64,000 bases of DNA. Source: Asterionella formosa (Eukaryota). Each line of letters opens with the position of its first letter. Positions within the stretch are counted from its first letter, which is position 1. This document shows positions 35,448-48,426 of the stretch, piece after piece. Made by a program: the position numbers and the translations under genes. The stretch spans positions 1 through 64,000 of the forward strand of contig NKIB01012799.1 of assembly GCA_002256025.1 (NCBI GenBank), given 5' to 3'. Under the pieces are notes generated by a model that had not been told where the DNA came from, did not search any database, and saw only the letters and a list, made by a program, of their open reading frames with translations.

Positions 35448-38400
35448 TCATTGATTAGTCTCCACCAACTGTGAGTCCTGATTAGCAACAGCGTTGCTAG
35501 ATGTCGGTTCTTGGTCAGCCGTTGACGACAGGGGCCCTTGACCTTGCGTCGATGGTTGAGGAAAAGAAACGGCATTTTGGCCCTGTCCAGACTGAAGGAG
35601 AGGTCTCGGTGGACCAGGCGCCTTCTTCGTTCCACCTCCAAGTTTCTTAGCCTTGGCCTTGGCTAACTCATCACGTTTACGATCCCACTCGCGTTGCATC
35701 TCGTCGATCCGCCGTTGTTGTTCGGCCTCTTCTTGCTTGGCGCGTCTCTCAAATTCAATCCGTTCCTTTTCGTGCTTTTCCAACGTCTTTTGATGCTGGA
35801 ACTCCTTTTCTAGCTTTGAACGTTGCAAATTATCCATTCTGTTGTCGAAAACCTTCTGAGCTCGAAGCATGTTCTTTTGGAAGTCTTCGTCTAACCTCCT
35901 GATTTCTTCTGCTAACTCTTCTTCATCGTCCTCTTCTTCATCATCCGTCCCTGGAGTCTGCACATCTTCAATCTGCCGAGCAACTTCAGCATGAAGATCA
36001 GATGCACCTGTGTCATAGTTATTTTGTGACATGACTGACTGTGACATAACTGGTTGCGCCACCGAAAGCACCGTTGGCAACGGTGCAACTGATTGATGCG
36101 AAGGTGGAACGACTTGGTTTGAACTCAGAGATTGCACTTGTTCAGACTGTGGAGCAGTGGGAGCCGTAAATTGTTGGGAGTATTGCGGAATGGTTTCGGT
36201 TTGAATCACATGTGAAGGTGGAGGCATCATGTCGATTTCCCCATTCATATTTCCTGTACTCGGCGACGTCTGTGAATGATATAGCAATGAGTTTAACGAT
36301 GAAGTTGATGACAGCAGAGGATCATTTCCTTGAGGAGGAACTGGCACATGCTGATGAAAAAGAATTGAGGACGATTCTTCATTGATTGCTACGGACTGGG
36401 CTTGCATCTGATGTTGCCAAGCCAACTGCGAAGCATTGCCAGACACTACACGATGGTCTAACTCAGTTTGCAAAGATATTTGGAATTGAGATGTACTTGA
36501 AACCTCGCTGGGTGGTCCTGATTGGCTTGGCTGCTGTGTTTGGTGGTACACGTGCACAGACTCGGTTTGAGAAGGGTGATGAAACTGGAGTGCACCAGAA
36601 ACCTCGTTAAGTGACTGCTGCTGCGGCTGTTGGTACGCAAGTGATGATTCATTTTGAGATGAGCCATGAAACTGTGGAATACCAGAAGAATCGCTGGATT
36701 GGCCTGCCTGATTTGGTTGTTGTTGCTGCTGCTGATGGTACACAATCGCCCCCTGTGGTTGCTGTGTCGGTTCTGCTTGCTGAGGTTGGTGATATAAGTG
36801 CATCGGTTCAGTTTGAGATGAACTTTGAAACTGAACCATAGCAGCGTCTTCACTCGACTGCTGCTGTTGCAGGGGGTATGAACGTGCCGAAACGCTTTGA
36901 GATGACATCTGACTATGTGCAACACCAGAAACGTCACTGGATTGGCCTGATTGATTCGGCTGACTTGTTTGCTGTTGATGGTAGGCAAGCGTCTGGTGTT
37001 GTTGCTGTTTCAAATCTGATTGCTGCGGCTGGTGGTAGATATGCATAGCCTCAGCTTGAGAAGATCCTTGAAACTGGACCACTCCAGGAAGATCGTTCTT
37101 TTGGCCACCCTGGTTGGGTTGCTGCTGTTGGTGGTACACAGCTGCCGAATCGGGATGGGACGACCGTTGAACCTGTACCACACTAGACGAATCGCTGGAT
37201 TGGCCTGACTGATTTGTTTGCTGATGATGATGGTACACAAGTGCCTGATGTGACTGCTGCGATGATTCTGGAAGTTTGTGTTGCGTGATAACACCAACTT
37301 GTTGCTGACCCTGCTGCACCGGGCCTTGCTGATTCTGCCAGCGGACACTGTTGTATTTGTCTTGCTTCATTCTAGCTTGGCGTGCAATTCCACTGATTGT
37401 CTCACTAATTTCCAAGATGGCCTCCTGTGGGATGCTGAGTTCAGCGACCATCTCTCGCGCAACTTGTACAGGATCATCTTGTACGAGGTGAAAGTCGAAT
37501 TGAACATTTTGAGGTTGCCCCTCGACCGGGAGAGTGATGATCAGCTTTAACATGTCGTCTTCGTACGGGACAAACTGAGGAGAATCTTCTTCAATGACAG
37601 CGGCTGCAACGAGATATTGCTGATGAATGTCCGATACCCGTTGCTGATCGAACCTCTGCCCTTCAGAAGCCGATGTCACCACGAAACCAGTGGCTTGACT
37701 AATAGAATCTACCCGCTCGCTTCGCCTACTAGCGTCGCCATCATTGGTTTGCATTTGAGGCGTCATCAAAGCGTTGGTGTTGCGAAGATTTGGGGAAGCG
37801 TCATCATCTTCGGTTTCTATCAGCTCCTGTTCTTTATCGTCCTTGAGTTCTTCTCCTCGTCCCATCAATACCGTCACCCTTTTCATGTTGACTTCACTAT
37901 CCGGCATTTCGTCAAAGCGATCCGATTCCTCTTCAAGGCTATTATCAGATGGCCAATTTGTCGGTCTCGCCACTTCAGCCTTGTTACGTTTTTCATTGTC
38001 GGATTGGGGTTGCCTCAACTCCTGAGAATGTGAGTTTGGCTGTCTGGTATCACCTGGTGACTCCATAATGGGCCGTTCCTGCATTCGCTGCAAGACTTCG
38101 ACTTCGTCGTCGTCATAATCACTTTTTTGCAAAAAAGGATTCGTCAATAGTTCCGCTGCGCTTGGCCGGATGTATTTTCCGTGTTCATCCTTATAACCAA
38201 GACATAACATGATAAACTCTCTGGCATTCTCACTCTTTAGTCGATGCAAATTGCTTGGGAGTTCCCCTCGCAATACTTTCTTGTAAATTTGTGCAGCGTT
38301 ATTACATTCTCGGTAAGGAATTTCTTTCGTAAAAATTTCTAGTAAACACATTCCAAATGCGTAAATGTCGACTTTTTCGTCATAAGCAGACTCCTCGTAC

Positions 38401-39416
38401 ACGTCAGGTGCCATGAACTCTGGCGTACCCAAGACGCTGAGCACTTTGCCGTTCCGATGTACCGTGCTCAAGCCCAAATCGCCGATTCGCAAGTCGCCAC
38501 TGGTACCATTTATAAAGATATTATCACACTTCAGATCACGATGGATCACAGGAGGTTCCTGAGAGTGAAGGTAGTCGAGTCCCTTGAGGATCTGAATTGC
38601 CCAACGTTTTGCGATTTTCCACCGAATGACTTGGACTTTCTCGATGAAACTCTTCAGTGTACCAGATGACAATATCTCAGTGACGAAATTTACTTCTTGT
38701 CGCTCTCGATTCACCCAGGAACCATGAAAACTTATGATATTCTGGTGATGTAGTCTTTCCAACAATCGAACTTCATTTACAATCCGATTTCTTTCATTTT
38801 TTGGTACACCTGCTAGATTTACCACATTCCAAGCCACTTCAATGCCTTCCGTTGTGTCATATGCTCGATAGACGTCCTTAGATGCACCAGATCCAAGTTT
38901 TTCCATGAATCGCACATATCTGCCTTCCGGCGATTGTTCAACGATCGCATTTTGGCCCCTGGGACTATTGATAAACTGAACAAAATCTTCTCTCGCAATC
39001 GGGGTATCTACAACTTGATTTGATGTATTTTTCGATATGGTTTGCGGAGGTAATTCAGCAGATGGTTTCAGACCTGTTGCCGTCGAACTTGTCATTCCTT
39101 GATTCGATGTCCTGGCAACGGCCTCCTCATCAGAGTCCTGCGACAACAGCTTCCTTGGAGGCGCTTCCAAAGCCGAAGGGGTAGAGGGCATCCTTGATAT
39201 TATACGTTGTTGAATAATGTGGCTTGATGTCTCAGTATCTGGTAAAGTGGATTGAGTGCTTTGGCCTTCGACATTGTCGCCTTGTTCTGGCATGGGGAAA
39301 TTTGAGTCTGCGGTACATTCTTCCGTAGAATTGTACGTGGAAGTAGTTGGTGGCAATGGCGGAGGGATTAGAGGCTCATTTTGAGCAACCGATTTGATAG
39401 CGGATGAATCTTCCAT
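35448..39416 (-). CDS. WNK: WNK-family Ser/Thr kinase with a Q-rich low-complexity C-terminal half and coiled coil
   Basis: GSGASKDVYRAYD (Lys in subdomain I), EVAWN, IHRDLKCDNIFING, DLGL, GTPEFMAP and an autoinhibitory-like FDFHL..DD...VA.EMV. Start placed at MEDSS (ATG 39416). Confidence 0.92.
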   Translation of the reverse strand: MEDSSAIKSVAQNEPLIPPPLPPTTSTYNSTEECTADSNFPMPEQGDNVEGQSTQSTLPDTETSSHIIQQRIISRMPSTPSALEAPPRKLLSQDSDEEAVARTSNQGMTSSTATGLKPSAELPPQTISKNTSNQVVDTPIAREDFVQFINSPRGQNAIVEQSPEGRYVRFMEKLGSGASKDVYRAYDTTEGIEVAWNVVNLAGVPKNERNRIVNEVRLLERLHHQNIISFHGSWVNRERQEVNFVTEILSSGTLKSFIEKVQVIRWKIAKRWAIQILKGLDYLHSQEPPVIHRDLKCDNIFINGTSGDLRIGDLGLSTVHRNGKVLSVLGTPEFMAPDVYEESAYDEKVDIYAFGMCLLEIFTKEIPYRECNNAAQIYKKVLRGELPSNLHRLKSENAREFIMLCLGYKDEHGKYIRPSAAELLTNPFLQKSDYDDDEVEVLQRMQERPIMESPGDTRQPNSHSQELRQPQSDNEKRNKAEVARPTNWPSDNSLEEESDRFDEMPDSEVNMKRVTVLMGRGEELKDDKEQELIETEDDDASPNLRNTNALMTPQMQTNDGDASRRSERVDSISQATGFVVTSASEGQRFDQQRVSDIHQQYLVAAAVIEEDSPQFVPYEDDMLKLIITLPVEGQPQNVQFDFHLVQDDPVQVAREMVAELSIPQEAILEISETISGIARQARMKQDKYNSVRWQNQQGPVQQGQQQVGVITQHKLPESSQQSHQALVYHHHQQTNQSGQSSDSSSVVQVQRSSHPDSAAVYHQQQQPNQGGQKNDLPGVVQFQGSSQAEAMHIYHQPQQSDLKQQQHQTLAYHQQQTSQPNQSGQSSDVSGVAHSQMSSQSVSARSYPLQQQQSSEDAAMVQFQSSSQTEPMHLYHQPQQAEPTQQPQGAIVYHQQQQQQPNQAGQSSDSSGIPQFHGSSQNESSLAYQQPQQQSLNEVSGALQFHHPSQTESVHVYHQTQQPSQSGPPSEVSSTSQFQISLQTELDHRVVSGNASQLAWQHQMQAQSVAINEESSSILFHQHVPVPPQGNDPLLSSTSSLNSLLYHSQTSPSTGNMNGEIDMMPPPSHVIQTETIPQYSQQFTAPTAPQSEQVQSLSSNQVVPPSHQSVAPLPTVLSVAQPVMSQSVMSQNNYDTGASDLHAEVARQIEDVQTPGTDDEEEDDEEELAEEIRRLDEDFQKNMLRAQKVFDNRMDNLQRSKLEKEFQHQKTLEKHEKERIEFERRAKQEEAEQQRRIDEMQREWDRKRDELAKAKAKKLGGGTKKAPGPPRPLLQSGQGQNAVSFPQPSTQGQGPLSSTADQEPTSSNAVANQDSQLVETNQ

Positions 39417-40814
39417 CGCTCGTATAAAACAGAAATCCAGCGGAGACGATGAAAGCTGTTTTGATGCAGAATAAAGCCCAGCAACCGGCGCTGGAGCCCT
39501 CAAGGGGCACTATCTTCGGGCGTCCTTCAGCGTTTTCGAATTCTTTTCGGTCGAATAAAACCCTATTTGAACCAAAGATGGTCGGTAAAAGGGGATGATG
39601 CCTTTTGGTTGAGAATTGTCGAGAAGGAGTGATGTAAGGACCGCAAGAGCTCTGCCATGGGATGAACGTGTCCTGAACAAGAGGAGACGAGAGGCAACGT
39701 TCGAATTGTTCGATACGACGCATGTAGCACGCCGGACAAACGTAAGACAATGGCCCCGAATAACTACTATACATTTCACACCAGATCTAATTTTATTAAG
39801 TCCAGTCACCTATTAGTTAGCAAAGTCGAAGCATTCTTTTATTTGTATGATAGAGTATTCACCGTGGTACACAGTACATGGTACCCAGGTACGCTTCATA
39901 CTACAGAGTTGTTATGCAGTAGACTACAGGTATATGTAGCTCTGTACAGTACCAGGTACTACCGCTCGCTCATTGAGAAGATGCATTAACGAAGGTGAGC
40001 TTCGCAATGTGTATACAAAGTACTCCGAATGATGTATGTTAGACACAGAAATACCGGTACAGTCTTAGTTACTATGTATAACTGTGGTCATTGGCATTTT
40101 ATTGCCGTGGTACCTGGTACCTGGTACCTGGTACCAGGTACCAGGTATTACAGATTTATGTATCGCTCGGATATGGTGGCGGGGGGTGGCTACACTACTT
40201 GTACCTGGTAGTACATTTAGGCAAAACGGGGCTCGTGACGTATGCCGTACCAAGGGATTACTGGTAACCCACCCGCTGCCACCACCAGATTCAGCCAGGG
40301 GCAAAAGTCACGACAGCAGAACGCACATGGCCAGAAATGGCATTGCTTGGTGTGAATTGTAGCTTTGTTAGATGCCAAGAATGTATAGTGACTGAAGTCG
40401 CGCGCCCTTTCCATGCCCTTGTCTTGTCACGCACATGCTAGGAGTAGCTAGGTGAGGAGTTTTTACATACTGGACAAAGCTGAGGGTATTTTTGGATTTT
40501 CTAGGCCAAACCCACCAAGACTCATAGCTATGCTGGTCTTGGCACCTGGAAGGTCCGGAAGCGCACATTTTATGTGCATCTATTCAGTTTCCACGCACTC
40601 CCAATGGATTGTATCATGCCTGCTGGAAAAGATAGGTCAGTTTTTGATGAAAATAATATTCCTTAATTAAATTTAGGAAAACGTTACTCTTATTGACCGA
40701 TGAAGATTTGCAGAGTGAGTCAATGAACACAACTCGGATATGCTGACTGATGAACAGGTTCAGCAAACCGTCTTCTAGCTTTGGAATCCACTTAGGAATC
40801 CTACCTTTCTACAT

Positions 40815-40930
40815 TTAGAACTTGCTGACAATGACTAGAATTTGCTGAACAACAACTAGAATTTGCCGACTATGACTAAAACTTGCTGGTACTAGCAACT
40901 AGAATTTGCTGACAACAACTAGAACTTGCA
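40815..40930 (+). repeat. Degenerate ~20-bp minisatellite (CTAGAATTTGCTGACAACAA-like)
   Basis: About 5-6 imperfect units seen directly. Confidence 0.7.
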
Positions 40931-40989
40931 AATAAGAATAGATTTTCTGAATGACCCTCATGTCAATGAACTATATAAATGAAAAACAC

Positions 40990-41550
40990 AACCACTTCCC
41001 CCTGATTGGTGCCTTGCCAATACTACAGCCCATATATCGCTCATTGGGGGTCAGAGCAGCTCCAGAAGGCACGCACATTAAAACAAGAATTCCAATTCAG
41101 ATTTTATCAGGCTATCACATGGGCAGCCAATATCTCGAAAACTCCCCTCTCCCGCGCTGAGGTGTTCACTGCCTTTAGTGCCATGTGGAGTCCAGCAATA
41201 GACTATCCACTTGCAGTCACTTTCTTTTCCAGTGATAAATGTTCCACTGCCTATTCAACATGTTTACACTGGCGTACTTTCTCGTAAAATTGGGAATCGC
41301 CCACACAACTTCCTGTACAATTATCTTTGGCCCCACATTATATAGTGGTTTCAACCTCCCTGAACTGTGCGTAAAGCAAGGCACCAATCATATTACCTAC
41401 TATCTACTACTAGGTCATCTATGTGCGCAGGACAATGTTGGCACTCTATTACAAATCACTTTGGATACTCTCCAACTCCATCTAGGCTACCCCAATCATC
41501 CTCTTGCTTATTCCTTCCAACAAGTCTCGAAGTACATAGAGCTCACATAG
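40990..41550 (+). pseudogene. Non-LTR (LINE) retrotransposon RT C-terminal remnant
   Basis: Frameshifted fragments YRSLGVRAAP, PAIDYPLAVT and KLG..T...IIFGP..YSGFNL resemble post-RT segments of non-LTR elements. Confidence 0.6.
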
Positions 41551-42237
41551 GGCTAGGATCAGGGGTACTAGGAGCACTAGTAGTGTGGAGGGGAGGAAAA
41601 TTTTGAGCTTGTCCTCTGCTGCTTTCAGTTCGACAACACACACTCATAGCGCTAGCACTGGCACCAAGGTCCCAGGCCCTGGCCACATCAATTAGTTGCT
41701 CAACTAGTGTACCCATGCCACCAGATGCCGTGTTGAACTCAGATGCTCCAAAGTCATAGGTCTCAATGGAGCAGGCAGCAATTCCAGTTAGTACCCAATG
41801 TCCCTTGCCATGCAGATGGTCACTATGGGGGCTGTTGTGGTTGCCGCCCACTTCCAAGCCGCTTGCAATGAAAGTTTTTTGCAGTAGCGTCCTGTCTTGA
41901 GCCATGCCCTTGCCATATGCCTGTTTCCTAGTAAAGTTCCCCATGATGCCTTCAAACTCACATTGTAGCAAGGTAGTTTGATGATACTGACAGTATCTAC
42001 CATGTTATATTAGGCTAGCAAAGTCTACGTGCTTCAGCAAATAAATTGACCAAAGTTAACTAGTTAGTCAATATCTCAACATAGGAAATCTTTGATACTG
42101 CGATGCTCCTATCTTCGAGCCAATCAATCAGTTGTGCTTTAACAAATATATGTGTAAACACCTGTATACATTTATGTAATGGTTGATATCTTGCTACTTT
42201 GTACAAGTATAGGATAATAGGGAAAAGTCAAGCAATG

Positions 42238-44406
42238 CTAGAATCGGGATACTGCTGCCTTCTCAATAGTTGATCGATTCTCAAATTCTGTCACGCCTCT
42301 TGCCCCAGCATAGCTTGTTGGTCGAGTGTAGCCATTGCGACTGTACTTGCCGGCCTTTACCATGGCACCGCTGCTAACAACACTTCCATCTAGTGTATCA
42401 TCTGGGGTTGAATGGCAACCATAAGGATCCTTGTTTCGCAACTTTCTTCCTTTCTTACCATGTTTCTGTATGCTCTTGTGTTTGTTTCCTCGTTTGCCCC
42501 CATTGGCTTTCTCGCTAGTTGCTCCCTTACCTTCCATGAAGTCTAGGAGGTCAAGATCATCTTCAGATTCATCACCATCATTGGAAGAATCATTGTCTGA
42601 ATTATGATCCATTCGATGTTGTTCTTCTTCAATAACTGTCTCGAACTTCTCTCGTAGCTTCTTGGTCCGTGACAATGCCAATAGAATTGTTTCACGCTGA
42701 AACATTACTGGATTTGCATTAGGAGGTGAGTGACAGAACAAGAGCTTACCATCAGCATAATCCTTGATAATTTGACGAGCAGCCATTTGATAATCAGGGA
42801 TACCACTTGATGCCGCAATCATACTGCGTGCAATGCAATAAGTGGTGAGCAACTCCTCAGCAGTTGGAGTGGGAATTGTATTTGGGTCTAAATGTTCCTT
42901 CGAGTATGGGAGCTTAAATCCATACTGAGCATTCAAAATTTCCCTGGGAATACGTTTGCAAATCAGTCCTACCACGGGCCAATGATCTCTCATTTGAGCA
43001 ATAGGGAAAACTCCAGCTGCAATCAAGTCTGCAGCTGATGAGACAAATGATGGAAAAACCAATCCAGGACAATCACATAACATGACATCATCACGATCTG
43101 GCAAGAACAATGTTTGAAAATGCTTTGTCTTTCCAGGCTGAGCAGCAACTGCAACTCGAACAACTCCATGTGCATGTTTGGCAGCACCAACGAGTACATT
43201 AATGACACTTGACTTTCCGACATTGGGAAAACCCACCATCCCAAACTGAATCTTGTCTTGAAAGCGTGGGTCGGGCTCGCATTTGTATTGCACTGCAAAT
43301 GCGTGAAGCCAATTTAGAAGCTCCAGACGTGTCAAAGGATTTCCGATCCCAATGTTTTGTCTTGCTGCCACAAGATCTAGAACCTTTTGTGGTTCTGGTG
43401 CTGTGGCCCCTTGTGCTTGCTCTTCTTCTCCTTGCTCTTCGACTCTGTTGACATCTTCACTCTCGTTCATTTCATCCTCATCCTCGTCAACGTCATCCTC
43501 TCCTTCGACTATCTCCTCGTACTTATCATATGTGTCGTCATATTGTGGAATTTCTTCATCGCGGCGATCCGCCGCAGCAGCTTCATCCAATTTGGCTTGC
43601 TCCATATGTGCAGAAAAGAACAAGTGATCCCATCCTTGTACAGTGAAGTATTCATGCCATGCTTGTCTTTGCTTCTTTGAAAGAAAGTCTGACTTGTTGA
43701 TGAGCAAAAGCATGGGTTTTCCAAGCTCCTCGGTCGCATATGATCGCAAGTCACTTGATAAGTAGAAGAGTGGATTTCTAGCATCGACAATTTGCAAAAT
43801 ACACGAGCAACGTTCCATGACACGCCATAATTGTCGCCACACTTCCAAGTTCTTTTCAAAGGGCGTAACTCTAGCACCATGGTCATGAAGGAGTTGTTCT
43901 TCCCTGGCTGCAATAGCACGTCTCCATGCCAAAAACGCCTCTGCTTCCTGTTTATTGAGTTCGTCTACTGACATGGTTTCGTCCCAAGGAGGTCGACGGG
44001 GCACACTAAGTTCCTTGAAAACAAAGGAATCATTATTTTCTTGAGGCTGATCAGACCAAGTGACTCTAGGCTCTAAATCCCGCTTGTACTCGCTTCCGCG
44101 GTCGTCCAAGACAACAAACTGCTCCCGTTCCGACAAAAACTCACGATTCACCATTTCCGCTTGTCCCAGAAAATCCGCCAGGTCGTCCATTTCCAATATG
44201 CTCTTAGTTTTCTTTTCAGCGGTATCATCAAGGATATTGATCGACGATGTGCCTGGGGCCATGTGCATTCCTGCGCCTCGACTGCTTCCATTGGATTTGG
44301 GAGTGAATTTCACCCTTTGTGTCTTGGTCAAGGCTCGTCCCATTCCGGCTTCACGGTCCTTCTTGTTGGGCTTTCCCTTTCGTGAAGTCCCTTTATTAGA
44401 AGGCAT
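42238..44406 (-). CDS. LSG1: Large subunit GTPase 1 (circularly permuted GTPase, 60S maturation)
   Basis: TPFEKNLEVWRQLWRV, IVDARNPL, NKSD, GFPNVGKSS, PGKTKHFQT and DCPGLVFP motifs. Confidence 0.95.
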   Translation of the reverse strand: MPSNKGTSRKGKPNKKDREAGMGRALTKTQRVKFTPKSNGSSRGAGMHMAPGTSSINILDDTAEKKTKSILEMDDLADFLGQAEMVNREFLSEREQFVVLDDRGSEYKRDLEPRVTWSDQPQENNDSFVFKELSVPRRPPWDETMSVDELNKQEAEAFLAWRRAIAAREEQLLHDHGARVTPFEKNLEVWRQLWRVMERCSCILQIVDARNPLFYLSSDLRSYATEELGKPMLLLINKSDFLSKKQRQAWHEYFTVQGWDHLFFSAHMEQAKLDEAAAADRRDEEIPQYDDTYDKYEEIVEGEDDVDEDEDEMNESEDVNRVEEQGEEEQAQGATAPEPQKVLDLVAARQNIGIGNPLTRLELLNWLHAFAVQYKCEPDPRFQDKIQFGMVGFPNVGKSSVINVLVGAAKHAHGVVRVAVAAQPGKTKHFQTLFLPDRDDVMLCDCPGLVFPSFVSSAADLIAAGVFPIAQMRDHWPVVGLICKRIPREILNAQYGFKLPYSKEHLDPNTIPTPTAEELLTTYCIARSMIAASSGIPDYQMAARQIIKDYADGKLLFCHSPPNANPVMFQRETILLALSRTKKLREKFETVIEEEQHRMDHNSDNDSSNDGDESEDDLDLLDFMEGKGATSEKANGGKRGNKHKSIQKHGKKGRKLRNKDPYGCHSTPDDTLDGSVVSSGAMVKAGKYSRNGYTRPTSYAGARGVTEFENRSTIEKAAVSRF

Positions 44407-44957
44407 CTTTGTTGGATCGATCTATTATGTCAAGGAATAAAAACTAGAATTTATTATTGTTGCACATCACCATGAACGACAACAGATAGGGTAGGGTACC
44501 AGGTACCCTGGTACCAGCTACCACTGATGTTGAAATTTTGGTTGGCTGAAGCGTCGAGCGTGTCACAGACAGGCTGAATTTCAGGTCAGCACCACCATGA
44601 AGCAGCAGCGAGCGAAGCAGCCAGCCGCCGTCAGGTACTAGGTACCTCGTACCAGTACAAACTATGATTTTAAGATATGGCTGTAACTTACGGTATCATA
44701 CTCTACATCTCTACAAACCGGTTGCCATCATATTGCCGGTAATCTATAGGACATAACGTACCGGTACCTGGTACCAGGTAGTCGCTGAAGATATTACCGG
44801 TACTACCAGTATTATTACGGTGTGCATTCATGTCATACGACAATACGTATTGTATATTCAAATCGTCACCAGATCAAATCCACAAATAAAAACTACCGGT
44901 AGAAGATCCCCCCCCCTCCTGTAAATCATTGTCGCCGCACTTTCATCTTTGCTCCCC

Positions 44958-47900
44958 ATGGTTCAAGAACCTCTTGAGAGTGTAGAAGCTTTCAGAACTA
45001 AAGGCAATGAGCATTTTCAAAAGGTACGATCAAACCCGGCGTGAAATCCACTTCGCCCCCGCGCATTCTCATTGCTCACAGGACGGAGAATTCCTCATCC
45101 TTCCGCCGCCACCACCACCACAAGGCTGAAACTGCGCTAGCCATCGAAGCTTATTCAAATGCCATAAATGTCTGGAATGATTCTTTTGACATCAACGTCA
45201 AGGCGGTTTTGCTGTCGAATAGAGCTGCATGTTATTTGAAGCACCCACAAACCATTCAGTTATGCATTGATGATTGCACAGAAGCCCTGGACATTCTCGA
45301 CCATGATGACGCTATTCGGTGTAAAATATACTACCGTCGAGCAAAAGCGCAATTTTTACTCAGCGAGCAAAACAATGCAAACACTGGATCATTGCTGAAT
45401 GACGCAGCCAAGGACTTGTTGACCTTGTTGTCCATAGATGGTGGAAACAAGGACGCGGCCGCACTCTTACGGGCTGTTCGGGCCAAACATGGACTTACCA
45501 AGGGGACTCCCATTAGTCAAACTTTGGTAGAACTGGAAAAGGCAACAGATGATCAGGATAGAGTTCATCAGCTCAATGTTTTGTTGGGATTGCTGACCAA
45601 CGATGCGTCGACCTCGTTGGAGCTGGGCCGACGAGGCGGAACTTTGCTGTTGCTTCGCATTGCTTCAGTGAAGAGCATTCAAGTTCTTTCGTGCGCGTGC
45701 TCGAATCCAAAGTTTGTGCGAGAGTATGGAAAAGATATTGATCAAGCTAGACTTGTAGCAATCATACAAAAGGGCGATGAAGATTTAGCCCTTGCCGCAT
45801 TGTCGGTGCTGCTTCGATTGGTGCTCTACCTGGATGATCTAGAAAGCTTAGATGATCAATCGCTAGTGGGTGAGATGATCGTCGTACAAGCGTGCTTGGG
45901 TATTTCCCTAACTTCCAACAAGTTGTTGCCGGCGACATTGAATGTTTTGGGCTCATGGACGGCAGTGGACAGAGAAAATCTAGTCCAAGCGTCTACGGAA
46001 GTTTCTCTTGTGGCAAAGAAGACAGAAGCAGAACTGCGATCCATAAAGCCAAGGGAGGTTGCAGCGTACAAGAAAAAACTGTTCGAACGGCTTCAAAGAG
46101 ATCGAAAGTGGGCAAAGGAACGATCCTTGGGTTTTTTAAATAATGGTGGACTAGAAGGCTTGTTGTCCGCAGCAGTGCACTGCGAAGACCACTCAATGAG
46201 AAAGCAAGTGGGCATAATGCTGGGCCGAATAATGGCATCTATTCAAGATAACGAGGACATTGAGAAAGTCGCCAAGGGATATTTAGGAAGCAACAGCCTC
46301 GTTATAGAGGAGCTGTCCGACGAGAAAACTGAACAAGAAACGAGTCAAGAATCCCTTATAATTTCTATGAAAAGAGCGCAGTTAACATCATCGTTGCTGC
46401 TTGGGACACCAGAAGTCGGAACTTGGGCATTGGAGCAAACAAAGGACGAGCTTCGGAATTTAATCACGTCTGGTGATGCTAAGGCGATGGGTGTTGCGTC
46501 TGAAGTTGTATCAGCTGCAGCGTCTATTGAGAAATCCCGCTCGGCCATTGCTGTTCTTATGAATAATGGAGTTTTAGATTATCTATTGGAAGATCCTAAT
46601 CAAGACATTCGATCCGGAGCTGCATCTGCTCTTGCAAAGCTCGGGCTAGCAGATAAGGTCCTCTCGGCGAATGAAGGCGAAGTTATGGGTCTTTTGCAAA
46701 TCGCGGTTGAACTGTTGGATCAAGAACATGAAAGTGTAAGAGGTAATTTGATTGCAAGGGACGCCACTAAATTCGTTGGAAACTCTAGTGCAACTACTGC
46801 AGTTGAGCGTGGGGTCGAAATAATTGGTTATTTGGCATCAAAAACACAGGTCAAGGATGAGCTGGCCCATGGCTTCAAGTATTCACCATTGGCTGCCTCG
46901 ACTGCACTCGAGCATCTCGTCGAACTTGCAAATCGTGAAGGAGCGGGAGAGTCAGTTTCGGCGTATGCCTTAGCCACAGTATTTGGCATGATATGCGTGT
47001 CTTCAGAAACGCTTCGGAGAGAAGCTTTTGCTGGGAAGGAAATGACTATGGAGCAATATGACGAATTACAAAAGCTGGGTAAAACAGAAGAAGAAAAGGA
47101 ATTGATTATAAAAGAAGCTGATGACACACAAGAGGCTGTCGAGGAGAGAACGCGAATATTGGCACACGCAAACGTTCCACGAGCGCTAGTAAAACTTATG
47201 AATGGTGCGAGCGAATCAACTTTGGAACAGATTGTTACAGCTTTGAATCGAATGGCAGGTGAAGTATCAGTACGTGGACTCCTGATCCAGCAAGGAGCTC
47301 TATCTGCATGTATTAAGATTGAGAGAGGGGTAAGTCTTGACATCAGTATCAGTGCAAATCAAATAACAACAAAAAGTTTCTTGCTCACCGTGTTACACAA
47401 AACTGCAGGCACATGCTTCTGAGACAGAAATAAATTCAGCTCGTCAAGCGCGCCACTGTGTGGCAAAGATTCTCGTGACAACAAACCCGGGTCTTCTTAC
47501 AACCTCGCAACGAATGGGGAGCATCAAGCCGTTGATTGATTTAATCAAAGACAATGATTCTTCAAGTTTGCAACAATTCGAAGCGCTCATGGCAATTACA
47601 AATTTAGCGAGTACCAGCGATGAAACGAAAGATCGTATAGTTGCGGAGAAGGGAATATCGACTTTGAGCTATGCTATGTTTTCTGACCACGAAATGGTTC
47701 GAAGAGCAGGGACGGAAGCCTTGTGTAACCTTGTGCCTCACCCAGCTATGATGAAATACCTCGCCAATCCTGAGAATCTTCGCTTGTGGATGGCATATGC
47801 GGCGGATTATGAAGGTAACTTTGATTGTGCGCGAGCGGCCTCAGGGTGTTTGGCTATGTCTACCCAGGATTCTGCCGTCGCAGCTACATTAGTAGGGCTG

Positions 47901-48173
47901 AATTCATTCAGGGAAGCAACTACGACACTTCTTGAAAGTGGTGATCTGGAGTTGATGCACAGGATCCTTGTGATGATTGAAAACTTGGTTGAGCAAGGTG
48001 GCGAAACCAAGGAAGCTGTGATTTCAGCCGGTCTGGTAGCCTTTTGCACTGCATATGCTGATTCGTATCATGGTGTCGGTGACGCAGCCAGTCTAGGCTT
48101 CGATTCTTCATTACAAGGACAACTGGCCGTCACAGTCGAACTGGCGAAACGAATTGCTTCCTTTTCGGAATAG
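44958..48173 (+). CDS. UNC45: UNC-45 myosin co-chaperone (TPR + central + UCS); exons 44958-45023, 45125-47329, 47409-48173
   Basis: TPR motifs KGNEHF and LLSNRAACYLK; UCS motifs RGLLIQQGA, AKILVTTNP, LQQFEALMAITNLAS and EALCNL. Confidence 0.9.
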
Positions 48174-48426
48174 AAACCATTCGTTGATGCAAGTCAGCTA
48201 ACCTCGACCTGGGTACTATGCGAATTAGAGACTGTGAAATTAACGCTTTGCTACTGAGCCGCATACATCGCAATGACAATTATTTCAAGTATATTGTGCA
48301 CTAAAATACTACTCCCTTCCAAAACACTCAGGATTGAAATAGTGTTCTCTTCCCACAATATGGTCCTCGACTTTACATGTTTATGAAACGAAAGCTATTG
48401 CTTTACGGCTTGTTTCTATATCAAAA

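Noticed and set aside
40815..40930. CRISPR-like array
   Set aside because: Units are adjacent with no unique spacers, there are no cas genes and the context is eukaryotic. It is a minisatellite.
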